Assembly: GCA_002269645.1 (NCBI GenBank)
Contig: NIVC01000199.1
Coordinates: 124,001 to 188,000 of the forward strand
DNA length: 64,000 bases
DNA from: Macrostomum lignano
Taxonomy: Eukaryota
Reading direction: 5' to 3'
Below the pieces are notes generated by a model. That model worked only from the letters and a program-made list of their open reading frames with translations. It was not told where the DNA came from and ran no database searches. The translations under genes and the position numbers were made by a program. The stretch's first letter is position 1; each line of letters starts with the position of its first letter. This document shows, piece after piece, positions 26,844 through 40,282 of the stretch.

Positions 26844-28418
26844 GAGTCGCTGAAAGGCGAGTGGGGACTAAAGGTGAGAAGCCGCTGGGCCGTAACCCCA
26901 AACCCAACAACCAGGCCAAGAGGTAGCGACCGGGGGGTGGCTTAAGCCCGTACCGGCCCGACCGCTAGCAACCGAGAAACTCCCCGGCTAAGAGCCCGGC
27001 TTGGAAAAACCAGAGGCCGAACCAAAGGACCATCAGCACGGTACTACACTGGGCCCTTGAGGGAAGCAGGAGGACTGCCTCCGGAGCCTGCGGACTAGCC
27101 GCATACCCTGTTAAGGTCAGAGGGTGGTACCTGTTCCTCAGAGCCGTGGCCAGAGGTACCTGATACGCACAGGTGCACTTCCGGGCGGAGCCCGTACCCA
27201 ACTTGGCCAAAAGGCCACGGATGGGTTGCCGCCGCCGGAGCCCAGTCAGTCCAGCAGCCCTAGGGCTGCCTTGAACACATGCGGAGCGTGAACCCCTGGG
27301 TCGGCTTGCGAGTCAGCTTGGAGAGAGTTCTCCTGCCATTCCTGCACCAGAATAGAGGGGGTGCAGGTGTGTAGGATCGCAGACCTTAGCCCGTAGGCCT
27401 AGTCTGTCTCATGCTACACAGGCGTGCTGTACCCGCCTTGCATGCATGAATAGTATTTTGTATGCAAATATAAGGTAAAACCAGTTTAAACCGGTTAGGC
27501 GCGCGTTGTGCAGTTAGTCTCTCAGGTGGCTGCCGGTAACCATTAGACGCTTCATCATAGAGACAGACGTCAAACTACCCGCCGTAGACATAGACTTATA
27601 CTAGAATATTACATTATTTAAGTTTAGTTAGAGCCTAGTTAATATCATAACTACTATTACTATTATTAGCCCATCCAAATACCAATATTATCCAGAATAT
27701 AATATTTACAGCCAGCGCGTGCCACCTAATCTAACTGGATCATTAATATTGTAATATATTCTGTCGACCTATATTAACCTTCACAAATATTAAACCTGAT
27801 TGCTCTGGCAGCGTCTTTGTTTCAATTTCTTTTACTCAACTCCAGTACAGAGAATTTGAATGGCGACCACAAAAATATAGTTTATTACAAGCTAAAAAAA
27901 GCTCATCGATGTCATTTGTCACAGGCGATGGTGCATGCAGGATTTTAATAATCCACCGGAAAACAAATAAAGTAATGGGTTGTGAACACTGAAGTAAATT
28001 CATAATGCAGAATGTTTTATATGGTCTCGATTTCTTCTGCCTTCTTAAATTCTGCCTGAAATTCCGGTCTCAATTTTCTAGTTAGAAAATGTCTCATTCA
28101 CAAGGGCATCTCTCCAAAGTTTATTTATACGAGCGTATTTACGCTAAGAACTATTGGACAGAAAGCAGGACAGGGAACCAATTAAATTTATTTTTACACC
28201 AAGTAACAGTCAATTAAATGCTTCATCTCCTAACTGATTTCAAATAGGCTGTACTTCTGTATACATTACCTGTAAATGCCTCAAGCGAAACTTCAAGCGA
28301 AATGCTGCTCTTTTCATTTAAAACGTGACTATGCAATTTTGAAACTGTACAAGTCTGATCGTCATCAATTCCGCTTCAGCACAGGGTTTATATTGCAACC
28401 ACAATATACGCGCATACA

Positions 28419-29309
28419 TTACGAGATGACTGCGTTTGAATCTGTTTCAATTGTCAGCGTCGTTGTTTGACTGACAGTAAAAGTCGACAGACTGGACACC
28501 GATCGGATCATGCCTGCTAAGAAGATTTCTGCCCCGCAAAATCGTAGTTGCCTTGGTGATGCTGACCGGTTGACATTTGCAGCAACTGCGGCTGCCCTGC
28601 CTCGGCTCTCCGGTGCTCTGTTGCCAGCTGTGTGAGCGGATATGCCAGTTGAGTGACACCGGCGAAGACTCTGACCAGCGGTCGCTGTAGCCGACGCAGC
28701 ATCGCCAGCAAAACGTTCAACTCGCTCCAAGTCTGCAGCAGCATGGACTCCTCTAGCTTGATGAGGCATCGCTTCTCTGTCATCAGAAGCTGGCAACGGG
28801 AGAAACAAATGTGGAGAGATTGTTCTTTAATTAAAAAAACTTAAATATATGAATAGTGGCTACTTCTAGCAGACCAGACTCAATGCTCTTTAAACTATAT
28901 TGTGGCCAAGGAATGGCTAAGGTAGCTGCATACACTGAATTCCGTTAATTTTTTTTCGAAATTCTAGCGATTATTTCGAATGCAGGCGAATTTTTAAATC
29001 ATTACGAGCTACTTGATTTAAAAGATTTGTAGAAGGCTGAACTTTTTATTACTTTTAATTTTCTCACAGCAGATGAATTGCCTTCTCACCACGACCAGGT
29101 GATTCTGACCAGCTGTACTCAGTGCCACCTGGCCCTAGCTCAAAGCTGACTGCCATCGATGAATACGAATCGGAGTATTGTTGATGCTCCAGCTGGCTCT
29201 GGTGCATCGCGTCGTCATCAGAATGAAGCGAAGCCGGTGCATGACCCTGCTCTTCATGTAGGCCGCTAAATTCAGAGGATAAGTCTGGATCTCGCGTTGT
29301 TTTCGGCAT
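28419..29309 (-). CDS. Orphan gene X2 (2 exons, 196 aa), paralog of X1
   Basis: Exons 29309-29090 and 28789-28419; phase-1 intron GTGAGA...TTGCCAG at an equivalent position to X1; same conserved blocks. Confidence 0.65.
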
Positions 29310-29562
29310 TTCTGACAATGTCGCTTGGAAAACCTTTTTAATATAGCTTTCTCTTTGACAGACAGTATATTTACAGTCTAGTTACACATTCCAGGAGTTC
29401 CAGCTATATTTAGCCTAAGCCTTGCCGCAAGGCATCTCCACGGCAATTCCACGGCAAGACCCTGGAAATTTCGCTAGATTCAACCAACCACTCAGGTCAG
29501 AGAATTGCTTCAAAGTGCGTACTGTGAAGCAAGTACGCTTGCATTTCAAATGGAAGGCTGCT

Positions 29563-30393
29563 ATATATATATATATATTAGGACAAGCGGGGAGACTCCT
29601 TGCGCGCACGCCCTCGCAGAACAGGTGGGGGGCAGGCAGCAGCAGCCTGAGGGGTCAGTGCAAACGCCTGCAAGTCAGCGATGTGCATGGCAGTCAGTCA
29701 GTATGGCAATTCGGGCCTGGCCGATGCAGCAGGTCCAGGACCAGTAGGACGGGCGCACCGCGACCCAGGGTCCGGAGGCAGAGGCCCAAAAGCATGGGCG
29801 ACGCTCAGGGGCGCCGCTCCAGGGCTTTGGTCGGCAGGCGCTACGCTACGAGCAGTGCACGCCCAGCGCGTAGCGCAGCAACGAACGATAGAGCGCGTCC
29901 AGGGCTCGCTCTCGCGTCTCGGTCAGTGGCACAGCCTCCATGCCGTACAAGAGGATCGGCTCTATGGCCGCGCGGAACAGGCGCACCCTTCAGGCTGTCT
30001 CTGGCAACTGAATTGGGGAAATTCCTGAGGAGGTGCGCGGAGCGACAGGCCTGCTTCTTCCTGTCGGAGACCAGGCCTCCGGCGCCGAGGTACCGGAAGT
30101 CCTCGCACACCGCGATGCGGTCTCCATTGGGCAGCGTGAGAGCTGGGGCGGTATTCGTGCCCACGTGCAGCGCCTCCGTCTTGCGAGCGTTCACCAGCAG
30201 CCCAACACGGGCGCCCTCGTCGCAGAGCTTTGAGAGCTCGTCAGCATACGCGAGAGCGGGAAGCGAAACAGCAGGGTGTCTGAAGTCTGGAGCTTCGGCG
30301 TGGGACCAGCAAGTAGCTGTCATCCTCGCGGAGGGACCGACGATGTAGTCCACAACCACGAGAAAGAGCAGAGGAGCCAGCGTGTTGTCCTGA
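29563..30393 (-). mobile_element. 5'-truncated, degraded RTE-like LINE
   Basis: QDNTLAPLLFLVVVDY, LAYADE (YADD-derived), VGLLVNARKTE, EDFRYLG, RLFRAAIEPILLYG; (TA)n tail at ~29565-29580. Confidence 0.8.
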
Positions 30394-30489
30394 ATGCCCG
30401 CAGTCTCAGTCAGACATGGAGACTGCAGAGCTGAAAAAGCTGGCAGCCGAGCTCAACGTTGCCAAATGGCAGATTGTGACTCCCAAAGT

Positions 30490-30830
30490 AGAGAGGAAAG
30501 AGGGAAAGACAGGGGAAAATGGAGAGGAGAAAGTGAGGGGAAAAGAGGAAAGACAGGGGAAGAGAGAGGGGAAGAGACAGGGGTAAGAGAGAGGGGGAAG
30601 AGAGGGGAAGAGAGAGGGGGAAGAGAGAGGGGGAAGAGAGGGGAAGAGAGAGGGCTAAGAGAGAGGGGAAGAGACAGGGGTAAGAGAGAGGGGGAAGAGA
30701 GGGGAAGAGAGAGGGGGAAGAGAGAGGGGGAAGAGAGAGGCGGAAGAGATAGGGGTGAGAGAGAGAGGGGGGAAGAGAGAGGGGGAAGAGAGAGAGGAAG
30801 AGAGAGGGGAAAGAGACAGGGAAAAAGGAG
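30490..30830. repeat. Purine-rich GAGAGGGGAA tandem repeat
   Basis: Direct reading. Confidence 0.9.
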
Positions 30831-32100
30831 GAGTTTTGTGAAGGTGGTCACTTACGGCTAGACTAGTAAACTAAAAAGCTCTGATGCTCCATTTTGCATA
30901 AAACTGGGAGAATTCTTCACTCGTTTCCACTCTATCTGCTCGAGGAAATCCTTGAATACTCAATGAGGGATACGAGTTGAACTACGGATTCCCATTCATT
31001 GCTTGAATGTACAAAAACACTGTACACTTTGCACTGCGCATATACGAACACTTGCAAATTTTTGGACATTTCCAATGTACATTCATTAAATGTGCCTTGC
31101 AGAACCTAGAAAAAGGTTATATGCGGTTGTCAACGTTAACTTGAAGCACAAACTGAAGTAAACATACAGCAATAGCCAGCAGAAGGTCGCGCGACACTTA
31201 CAGTACGCGGTATGGATAATTTAAACATGGTCATTGTGTGAAACTGAATCTGATTTATTCTACTTTGTATGTATGTACTTTCTGTATGTATGTATGTATG
31301 TATGTATGTAGAAAATTAATTATCCGCTAATTCCATGGACCGTGCAATTGGTTTTCTATAGCGCATTTTAATTTTTTCTGCTCACAATCACAATTTTGGT
31401 GGCAACCCGGGAAGGACAAAGCCGGTGGGGCATTTCGATTGTAGCACGAAAAATTACGAAATCTTAAAAAAACTTTTATTCGCTTCCCTACACTTTTAGA
31501 CCGAAGTAGCGAGTTCGTTAATCGGTGGAGCCTTGCTATTTTCTGGATTTCAAAGCTCGATGTTGAGGCATCAAAACCAGCCAACTAGACATTGTTTGAC
31601 GACAGAGAAAGTGTGCAGGAATTCTCATTGCACACAATTATCAAGGTTACATCGTAAGTTTTTGGCTTTTGTATATTTATATTCACTATTTTTCAGTGCA
31701 ATATTCTGGAGGGGTACCATGCCTTTTGCAGCTGGCGACCTACAAGACATTGTAGTGAATATTGTCAGGGGGCCAAGCCAAGGGAAGTTAATCCCTCATC
31801 CCAACCCCAAGTTGGTTCCAGGTTTTAAAGGAGATTCCATGGACCAGCCACGGTTTTGCCTTTTGATCCAAAAATAGAACTTGGGAATTCTGTATGTGTA
31901 CGGAGCTGATAAAGTAACTGCACGCTATACAGTGGATATACTACGAAGTCTTAAAATAGAATTTTAAGCTCTCAAAAACACCCGGCCTCAATGCCTTTCC
32001 CACTAGGTCACCGACTGACCAACCTGAAATTATTAAGTAAATTTCTGCAAACAGATGCCATATAATTGCAATTCTTGTATTTTAAATACTCGTATACATT

Positions 32101-32708
32101 GACTGACTGACTGACTGACTGACTGACTGACTGACTGACTGACTGACTGACTGACTGACTGACTGACTGACTGACTGACTGACTGACTGACTGACTGACT
32201 GACTGACTGACTGACTGACTGACTGACTGACTGACTGACTGACTGACTGACTGACTGACTGACTGACTGACTGACTGACTGACTGACTGACTGACTGACT
32301 GACTGACTGACTGACTGACTGACTGACTGACTGACTGACTGACTGACTGACTGACTGACTGACTGACTGACTGACTGACTGACTGACTGACTGACTGACT
32401 GACTGACTGACTGACTGACTGACTGACTGACTGACTGACTGACTGACTGACTGACTGACTGACTGACTGACTGACTGACTGACTGACTGACTGACTGACT
32501 GACTGACTGACTGACTGACTGACTGACTGACTGACTGACTGACTGACTGACTGACTGACTGACTGACTGACTGACTGACTGACTGACTGACTGACTGACT
32601 GACTGACTGACTGACTGACTGACTGACTGACTGACTGACTGACTGACTGACTGACTGACTGACTGACTGACTGACTGACTGACTGACTGACTGACTGACT
32701 GACTGACT
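32101..32708. repeat. Perfect (GACT)n microsatellite, 152 units
   Basis: Direct reading; 608 bp uninterrupted. Confidence 0.98.
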
Positions 32709-32816
32709 GCAGCAGACGTACATATATATATCACCTAATTCTGTTTTTTAATATCAAACAACCAAAAATTTCCAGCACCAGAGTTCATCACCAAGCTTGA
32801 GCAAAAACATCAACAA

Positions 32817-34817
32817 TTGAATCAAATACGTTCGGCTCTAATTCTACTGTTAATCTGCAGCATGCGTCAATTCGATTCTATTCTTCAATGGCAGGCAGAT
32901 TCATTTCGTCCTCCGCAGTCGCTTAACGAAACTACATTACACGGTGCTTCCCCAGAAAGATCCACTGACTTCATAGATGTGGAGCTGACAAGTAATGTAG
33001 TCATGCCAACAGAAAATTTTGTAAGAATGCAGCCAGGCACTGCAGCAGCCAGCTGTAACCCGAAAGACTCATTAGCTGTTGCATTAAAAGGCGTAGCTGA
33101 CACTGAAATGCCTAAGCAGCGAATGCTCATAGCAGCTCAGCTTCGAGATTCAAGATATTTCAGTACATCTGACACGCGACAATTGGTACAAACAGGTAAG
33201 AGCAAGGTGCTGCGGTACTACAACAACAGCACACCTGGTGGCAGAGCGTCATCAGTGCCGCAGACTCTGGACTTCCGCAATCAGCGATGGGACACGAGTG
33301 GAATGCCGGCCTCGATTCCACAACACCTGTGGGACATGAGACGAGAGGAGAACAGGTGGCAGTCCTTCCACCTGCCAGATGCCAGCTTCACAGCGGCTCA
33401 CCTGGTGTCCGTGACGGATCTGGCTGCTGACGGATTCTTCTACCTGCAGGAGTCGGACAGAGTAAAGTGTGCATTCTGCAAGGGTGTGCTCAAGGACTGG
33501 GAGGCGGGCGAGCAGGTCCGAGAGGCTCACAGACGCCACTTCTCCACCTGTCCGTTCGTGTTGTTCGTCGAGGTCGGCAACGTGCCTCGAGAGCACAGAG
33601 AGCCGGAAGGAGTCTTGAGTTCAGCAAAGCTGGTAGAGGCAGTGCAATGCAGTGATCAGACTGCTGATGATGCAGCAGTGATGGTGAACGGAGACTGGAG
33701 CATGAAGATGGTCGCTGAGCTACCACCGATGGAGTTCGCTGGACTGAACGAGTGGGCGCTGGCGACACGCGCAACTTTTGGAACGAATGCAGAACGCGAT
33801 GTGGACGATAAGCTGGTCGCTTTCGACATGATGAAGCGTCCTCAGCTTCCAGTGTCGAGCGACGTAGCGAGATCTGCGTGCTCCGAGAGAGCTCTCACGA
33901 ACCTGTCAGCTCTGCAACACAGTCTCGAGAGTGATCCATCGAGTGTGACTGCCAAACACGCACAGTTCGAGACCTACCAAGCGAGGTCGCAGTCTCTGCA
34001 CTCGGCTCTCGTTCAGCAGCCAGTGTACTTGCTTGCAAAGGCGGGCTTCTTCTACTCAGAAGCCGAGAGAGCGACCTGCTGCTTCAGCTGCGGACTTCGC
34101 ATGAGTGAGTGGAGCTGCGACGATGATGTGTGGGTTGAGCACGCCAGGTGGTCACCTCGGTGTCCTCACGTGTTGTTGGAGCGAGGCAGCGACTTTGTAC
34201 AGACAGTGCATCGACTGTCGCCTCCCGTGCAGCACCCGACTTGTTGCGCCTCTGCTCAGCGTCACACTGCATTGGTACAGACGGACTCAACTGCATCAGC
34301 TGGTGCTGCGACTGTCGACGGGTCCGCAGTCCGCAGCAGTCGCGCAGACGAGGCTCTCGCAATCACATCTGGAGTCGAGTTCAGAGTCGAGGCCAGAGAC
34401 ATCAAGGCGAGAGCCGACCTGCCCGTTGTGAGACTGCTCACTCAGCTCGGATTCTCCGCTCTGCAAGTGAGACTGTTCACAGAGCTGCATCTCAGACAGC
34501 GAGGCGACGACTTTGCCACATCGGAGCTGTTCCTCGACTTCATGCTCACCGAAAGCCGCCGAATGCGCAAGCAGTCGCAGGACCCGGAGGCGTTCTTCGA
34601 GAGCAGGATGTCTCAGATTCGGGAGTCTCTGAACCAACAACCGAGACCCCGAGACACAACCGACTGGAAGACGTGCAAGGTTTGCATGGACAAGGAGGTG
34701 AACATCATGCTGCTGGACTGTGGTCACGTGGCCTGCTGCTCAGTGTGCGCCAAGTCGCTGAAGACGTGCCCCATCTGCAGAGCCTTCATCCGTGGCTCAG
34801 TGTTTATTAAGATGTAA
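32817..34817 (+). CDS. IAP paralog C: intact BIR-BIR-UBA-like-RING protein (DIAP1/BIRC-like)
   Basis: 666-codon open frame with two BIRs, UBA-like PVVRLLTQLGFS and a C-terminal RING. The annotated start is TTG; first ATG is 32862 and a phase-1 acceptor (TTTCCAG) precedes 32776, so the true start is uncertain. Confidence 0.92.
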   Translation: MNQIRSALILLLICSMRQFDSILQWQADSFRPPQSLNETTLHGASPERSTDFIDVELTSNVVMPTENFVRMQPGTAAASCNPKDSLAVALKGVADTEMPKQRMLIAAQLRDSRYFSTSDTRQLVQTGKSKVLRYYNNSTPGGRASSVPQTLDFRNQRWDTSGMPASIPQHLWDMRREENRWQSFHLPDASFTAAHLVSVTDLAADGFFYLQESDRVKCAFCKGVLKDWEAGEQVREAHRRHFSTCPFVLFVEVGNVPREHREPEGVLSSAKLVEAVQCSDQTADDAAVMVNGDWSMKMVAELPPMEFAGLNEWALATRATFGTNAERDVDDKLVAFDMMKRPQLPVSSDVARSACSERALTNLSALQHSLESDPSSVTAKHAQFETYQARSQSLHSALVQQPVYLLAKAGFFYSEAERATCCFSCGLRMSEWSCDDDVWVEHARWSPRCPHVLLERGSDFVQTVHRLSPPVQHPTCCASAQRHTALVQTDSTASAGAATVDGSAVRSSRADEALAITSGVEFRVEARDIKARADLPVVRLLTQLGFSALQVRLFTELHLRQRGDDFATSELFLDFMLTESRRMRKQSQDPEAFFESRMSQIRESLNQQPRPRDTTDWKTCKVCMDKEVNIMLLDCGHVACCSVCAKSLKTCPICRAFIRGSVFIKM

Positions 34818-35279
34818 TTTGCTTAAACATCAATTAGTTTATGTTTTAAACAGGAAATAATTTAGCAGTGCCTGTAATTTTTCTTTCGGTTATTGACCCC
34901 AAATTATTGATCCCAGCTCTACCTTCATGGATTTATAATCTATTTAGAAATTATCTTCGTTTTATTCTTAGCTATCCTGGCTTGTTTCCTTCTGAAATAA
35001 TTTTATTTCGCTGTACTTATCTTTCATCTAAAAAATGAATCATAGCAAATAATATCCCTGTTCTTTGCTTTAATTCCGTTTCTACGCTCGTATTACGACG
35101 TCCGCATTCTTCGTAGTCTCATAAACTTGATTTTATATATTATTCGACATGTGTGTGATGTGTAACCCAATCGTTATTTCAAAACTTTATGAAAATTTTA
35201 ACAAACAATTAGCAACAAAATGACGCAACCAAAAAATTAAAGTCATGCAGTCAGGATACTTCAAATACTTAAAATGGCG

Positions 35280-35490
35280 TGCCACGGTCCGCCAAGCCAA
35301 CAGTGTCTGGTGCCCCAGCGTCGCACAACAGGCAGTTCACGTATCGACGTCACACTTAGGCAGTCAGGTCGCATATAGAGACTCAGACTACAGGACCCTC
35401 TCACAGATTAAAAGGCAGCTCAGACTCGTATACAGATCCTTGCTGATGTCGAGTCATTCAAACTGCCGTTCGAGGTAGACAAACTGCTGA
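35280..35490 (-). mobile_element. Degraded, internally deleted RTE-like fragment
   Basis: QFVYLE..DISKDL and RYVNCLLCDAGAPDTVG on the minus strand. Confidence 0.5.
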
Positions 35491-38037
35491 CATTGCATTG
35501 CGGTAGTTCCGGGGTACAAAGCAAGAAAAAATTAATAAAATATATGTACATTGTTTCGCACCCACACTCACCACGCACTGCACGGCCAGTAGCACCTCCA
35601 AGCACTTTTTCGCGCTGTGCTACATGTACAGAACATGTACGTGTTAGATATGTTATTCCAATCGTAAGAAAGTTACCTTCTTTGTTTCTTGTACCTATGG
35701 GCTTTGCCCAAAACATTGCAAGCTGCCACAAAAATTAGATGTATATACATGTACAGTACAGCAGATTTACATGTACTTTATTTCTCATTTCTCGTACACA
35801 TGCATGCATTTCCCTCTAAGACAATCAATGTGGTTTTTAAACTTACGCTCGTAATAAAATATCGTGGTTTTAAAGCCGAAGCGCCCATACCAGCTACAGC
35901 TGGTCTCTGTTTCAATGTCAACTCCCCAGGTACCATGCAAGGTCATAAATGTACATCTGCAAGTACTCGTACATTATCAATGGTAATTTGCTTGTGAACG
36001 GGAACCAAAATAAATAGATTCTCCTTAATTGTAGCTTTTACCGCGCGTGTAATGCAAGCTAAAAGCTACTGTTGTAGAAAGAAGACCCCAATTTCATATG
36101 TATTGCTGTCTTCTACATTTTTGTTGAGGTTAAAGATGATAGCTAAGGAATAGCTATCATATAGCGAATACTCTAACTGAGAATTACAGAACCGGGTTTA
36201 ATATCGTACATGTACATAAGCATGGCTTGTTATAAATCAGATTGAGCTATAAATGTATGTGAAACTGGAAGTTTCAGGCTGTACATTAATGGAAAAATCG
36301 AGCAGAATAGTACCTGAATAAAACCGGAATAGTAAGAGATTGTCGTCAGAAGTTCTTTGTGAAAATCTTTCTGACATTGTTTTCGAGTAACCCAGAGATA
36401 AAAATCTAGACATATACGGTGAACCTGCACGTGTCTAGATGATAATGCTTTGGAGAAGGTCGGTAGCGGATCGGAATGCTCCCTCCTGCAAGGGTTCAGA
36501 GAGAATACATGATTGAGAAAAAAAATCCATACCTGTATAATAAAAACTTCTCAGATTAAAAATAAAAAGGGGATAACATATTATCACGAGTAAGATGAGG
36601 CGCCGCGGCCTATATATCGCATAATTGGATGGCACCAAAATTCCATGAATTTTGTTAGCAATGTAAACAAAAGTTAAATTTGTCATGCAGATTAGGCAAG
36701 ACTCCAGCTGTTGAATTTTCCAGGCTCAGTGGAGCGTTCGTGTTATCAAAGCTGGGCTATTCAAGATTATTCTGGATATACAGGTACGAGCGTAAGTAGA
36801 ATGATGGATATACATTTTTATACACCATGTATTTTATGTACATGTAGACCTAGCGAAGGGGTAGATTGAAATTAACCGATGTTGATCCTTGACTAATAAG
36901 ACAATACTCTTAGATAGAAAATACTAAAACAATACTACGAGCGTAAAATGAAGCTTTTGATCGTTTTCACTAAACTTAGTCTTTGTTGAACGGTTAAGTA
37001 TATAGATTTACGACGTATTCGATATTTATTCTCGTATTTCGCAGAAGGAACCAGCTCCCTAAACATACATGTACATGTACATGTATACCAGACCAAGTCT
37101 TACATGTAATTGGATTTCGCAAATCTCATTCTGTAGCATCTGAAAGTGAGCCACCGCTACATTGTAAGCAGTAAATTATTTTGGAGAAAATTAAAGTCAC
37201 CATAATTTCGTCGCAAGCAGCTCAGCCGATAGCAAATGAAAATAATAATGCTTTCAAATAACTTGTTTTACTTGAGTATACGAGCGTATTTTCTTCTTCA
37301 TTTAGTTCAAACTCCACGGTGGTCATCAATTGTTAGCATAGAAGCAATGATTTAGATGTAAATTGCAAGTACATGTACATGTATATAGCCATACTGCTTA
37401 TATAAAGTGGTAGGAATTAAAGCTACGTCGACAAAAAGTTACTCTTTGTATTTTGTGTTTCTCCCAGTAATAATGCGCGCCTGCTTCTGTTTTTTGTTTT
37501 TTTTTCTGCCATGGGTTCTTCCCGTACAGCAATCTGACGTCGTGGTGACGTCTGGCCGTCGATGTCAGGTTGTACTTTTACATTACGCCAACGTCGGATT
37601 GCTGTACGAGCTTGTCTGTCCCACCCTGTAGTCCCGCGTTGTTAGAAATGACAAGCCAAGGCGAGCAATTGCTATGAAACGAGAATCACGACAGTTCTGA
37701 GCCAATGCTCAGTGCAAAACTATTTATTATCAACGATGTAAACAGTGCGAAGCCCCGCCCAAGTCCAACACGCGTCATCCTGCACTGGTTTCACTCGGTG
37801 GGTCCTCATTTATCACCACGGCGTACCCCCCCCATTCGTATCCGGTGGCTCATGAAAGCTTTCATAACAGCCTAAAGTGTACATGTGTATGCTGCCCGTC
37901 CATGGCCAGACTAGAATGTAGCCAGCTCCCTTTTCTTAAATGCCCCTACTGATACCTATAAGCCCAAGCCACCGGCACTGACCAGCTCATGCCCATAAGC
38001 TAATTTTTGTTAATTTATCAATTCTGTCTGCTAATTA

Positions 38038-39502
38038 GCTGCTCTGCAGAATATAGCTCGTACCGTATATTCTGTGGCTAAGCTCTGCAGAATATACTGT
38101 ATATTCTGTGGCTAGGCTCTGCAGAATATACTGTATATTCTGTGGCTAGGCTCTGCAGAATATACTGTATATTCTGTGGCTAAGCTCTGCAGAATATACT
38201 GTATATTCTGTGGCTAGGCTCTGCAGAATATACTGTATATTCTGTGGCTAAGCTCTGCAGAATATACTGTATATTCTGTGGCTAAGCTCTGCAGAATATA
38301 CTGTATATTCTGTGGCTAGGCTCTGCAGAATATACTGTATATTCTGTGGCTAAGCTCTGCAGAATATACTGTATATTCTGTGGCTAAGCTCTGCAGAATA
38401 TACTGTATATTCTGTGGCTAGGCTCTGCAGAATATACTGTATATTCTGTGGCTAAGCTCTGCAGAATATACTGTATATTCTGTGGCTAGGCTCTGCAGAA
38501 TATACTGTATATTCTGTGGCTAAGCTCTGCAGAATATACTGTACATTCTGTGGCTAAGCTCTGCAGAATATACTGTATATTCTGTGGTTAAGCTCTGCAG
38601 AATATACTGTATATTCTGTGGCTAAGCTCTGCAGAATATACTGTATATTCTGTGGCTAGGCTCTGCAGAATATACTGTATATTCTGTGGCTAAGCTCTGC
38701 AGAATATACTGTATATTCTGTGGCTAAGCTCTGCAGAATATACTGTATATTCTGTGGCTAAGCTCTGCAGAATATACTGTATATTCTGTGGCTAAGCTCT
38801 GCAGAATATACTGTATATTCTGTGGCTAAGCTCTGCAGAATATACTGTATATTCTGTGGCTAGGCTCTGCAGAATATACTGTATATTCTGTGGCTAGGCT
38901 CTGCAGAATATACTGTATATTCTGTGGCTAAGCTCTGCAGAATATACTGTATATTCTGTGGCTAAGCTCTGCAGAATATACTGTATATTCTGTGGCTAGG
39001 CTCTGCAGAATATACTGTATATTCTGTGGCTAAGCTCTGCAGAATATACTGTATATTCTGTGGCTAGGCTCTGCAGAATATACTGTATATTCTGTGGCTA
39101 GGTTCTGCAGAATATACTGTATATTCTGTGGCTAAGCTCTGCAGAATATACTGTATATTCTGTGGCTAGGCTCTGCAGAATATACTGTATATTCTGTGGC
39201 TAAGCTCTGCAGAATATACTGTATATTCTGTGGCTAAGCTCTGCAGAATATACTGTATATTCTGTGGCTAAGCTCTGCAGAATATACTGTATATTCTGTG
39301 GCTAAGCTCTGCAGAATATACTGTATATTCTGTGGCTAAGCTCTGCAGAATATACTGTATATTCTGTGGCTAAGCTCTGCAGAATATAGCTCGTACCGTA
39401 TATTCTGTGGCTAAGCTCTGCAGAATATAGCTCGTACCGTATATTCTGTGGCTAAGCTCTGCAGAATATAGCTCGTACCGTATATTCTGTGGCTAAGCTC
39501 TG
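38038..39502. repeat. 34-bp palindromic minisatellite, ~43 units
   Basis: Unit GCTCTGCAGAATATACTGTATATTCTGTGGCTAR, containing CAGAATATAC-T-GTATATTCTG. Confidence 0.97.
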
Positions 39503-40282
39503 CTAATAAGCTGGAAATAAGCTCTGCTAATTTCACTGCAGTACGCTGATACTTGTGGACGTCTCACTAAATTGTAAATAAAGCCAGTTTTTTGTCACCA
39601 ATCTTTGGTAAAGCGCGAGCATCGAGAACGCTCACTTGGATTAAATTGTTCCTTCGACTTTCTAGAGCCCTCATTGGTCTCTGGCTTCGTTCTTTCTTCG
39701 GTTTTGATGAATTGTTCGAATCTCCCAGCCGTGTCTCAGAGAGCTTACAGTAGAGATCGCGCTTTAAGTAAAGTCCTTCCGTGCCTTTAGCACAAATAAT
39801 CGTAAAGAAACTCCACGTGTTTTTGATTGTTCCAGAGATATTTCTAAAGTAGCTAAGAAGCGAGAGAGCACGCCGAGGGCCGACGCTTGTGTCTATTTTA
39901 TAGATGCCATGAGACGGAGACGCTATCGGCAGCCGCTGGAGGGGGTGGATTCTCTCTTGGTTAGCAACGGCCTCAGCTGGCACTGCAGGTAAACAGACGC
40001 AAGCAATTATAGATTTTTACATTGAACTAGCAGGTTGCTGCAGGCGAGATAAATTATTTGATATTATAGTTACTTATAGCGAGGTTGAGTCGTCAGAGCG
40101 ATTAGGGGAGCTCAATCAGGAGACGTCTCTTTTTCTTTTGCGCATATCAGACCCCCACTGATCCATGCAGCCTTCGGTTTTCAGCGCGATCAGGTGAGCC
40201 GTATGCTTCTCGTTCTTCAGTCGGCCAAATTCCACACTGGCGTCAGCACTGATCTCGCCTGTCAACCGTTAATTGCTTGTCT

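Noticed and set aside
32033-32734. (SQSV)n ORFs
   Set aside because: Antisense reading of (GACT)n.
38038-39502. CRISPR-like array (palindromic ~34-bp repeat)
   Set aside because: No unique spacers, no cas genes, eukaryotic context.
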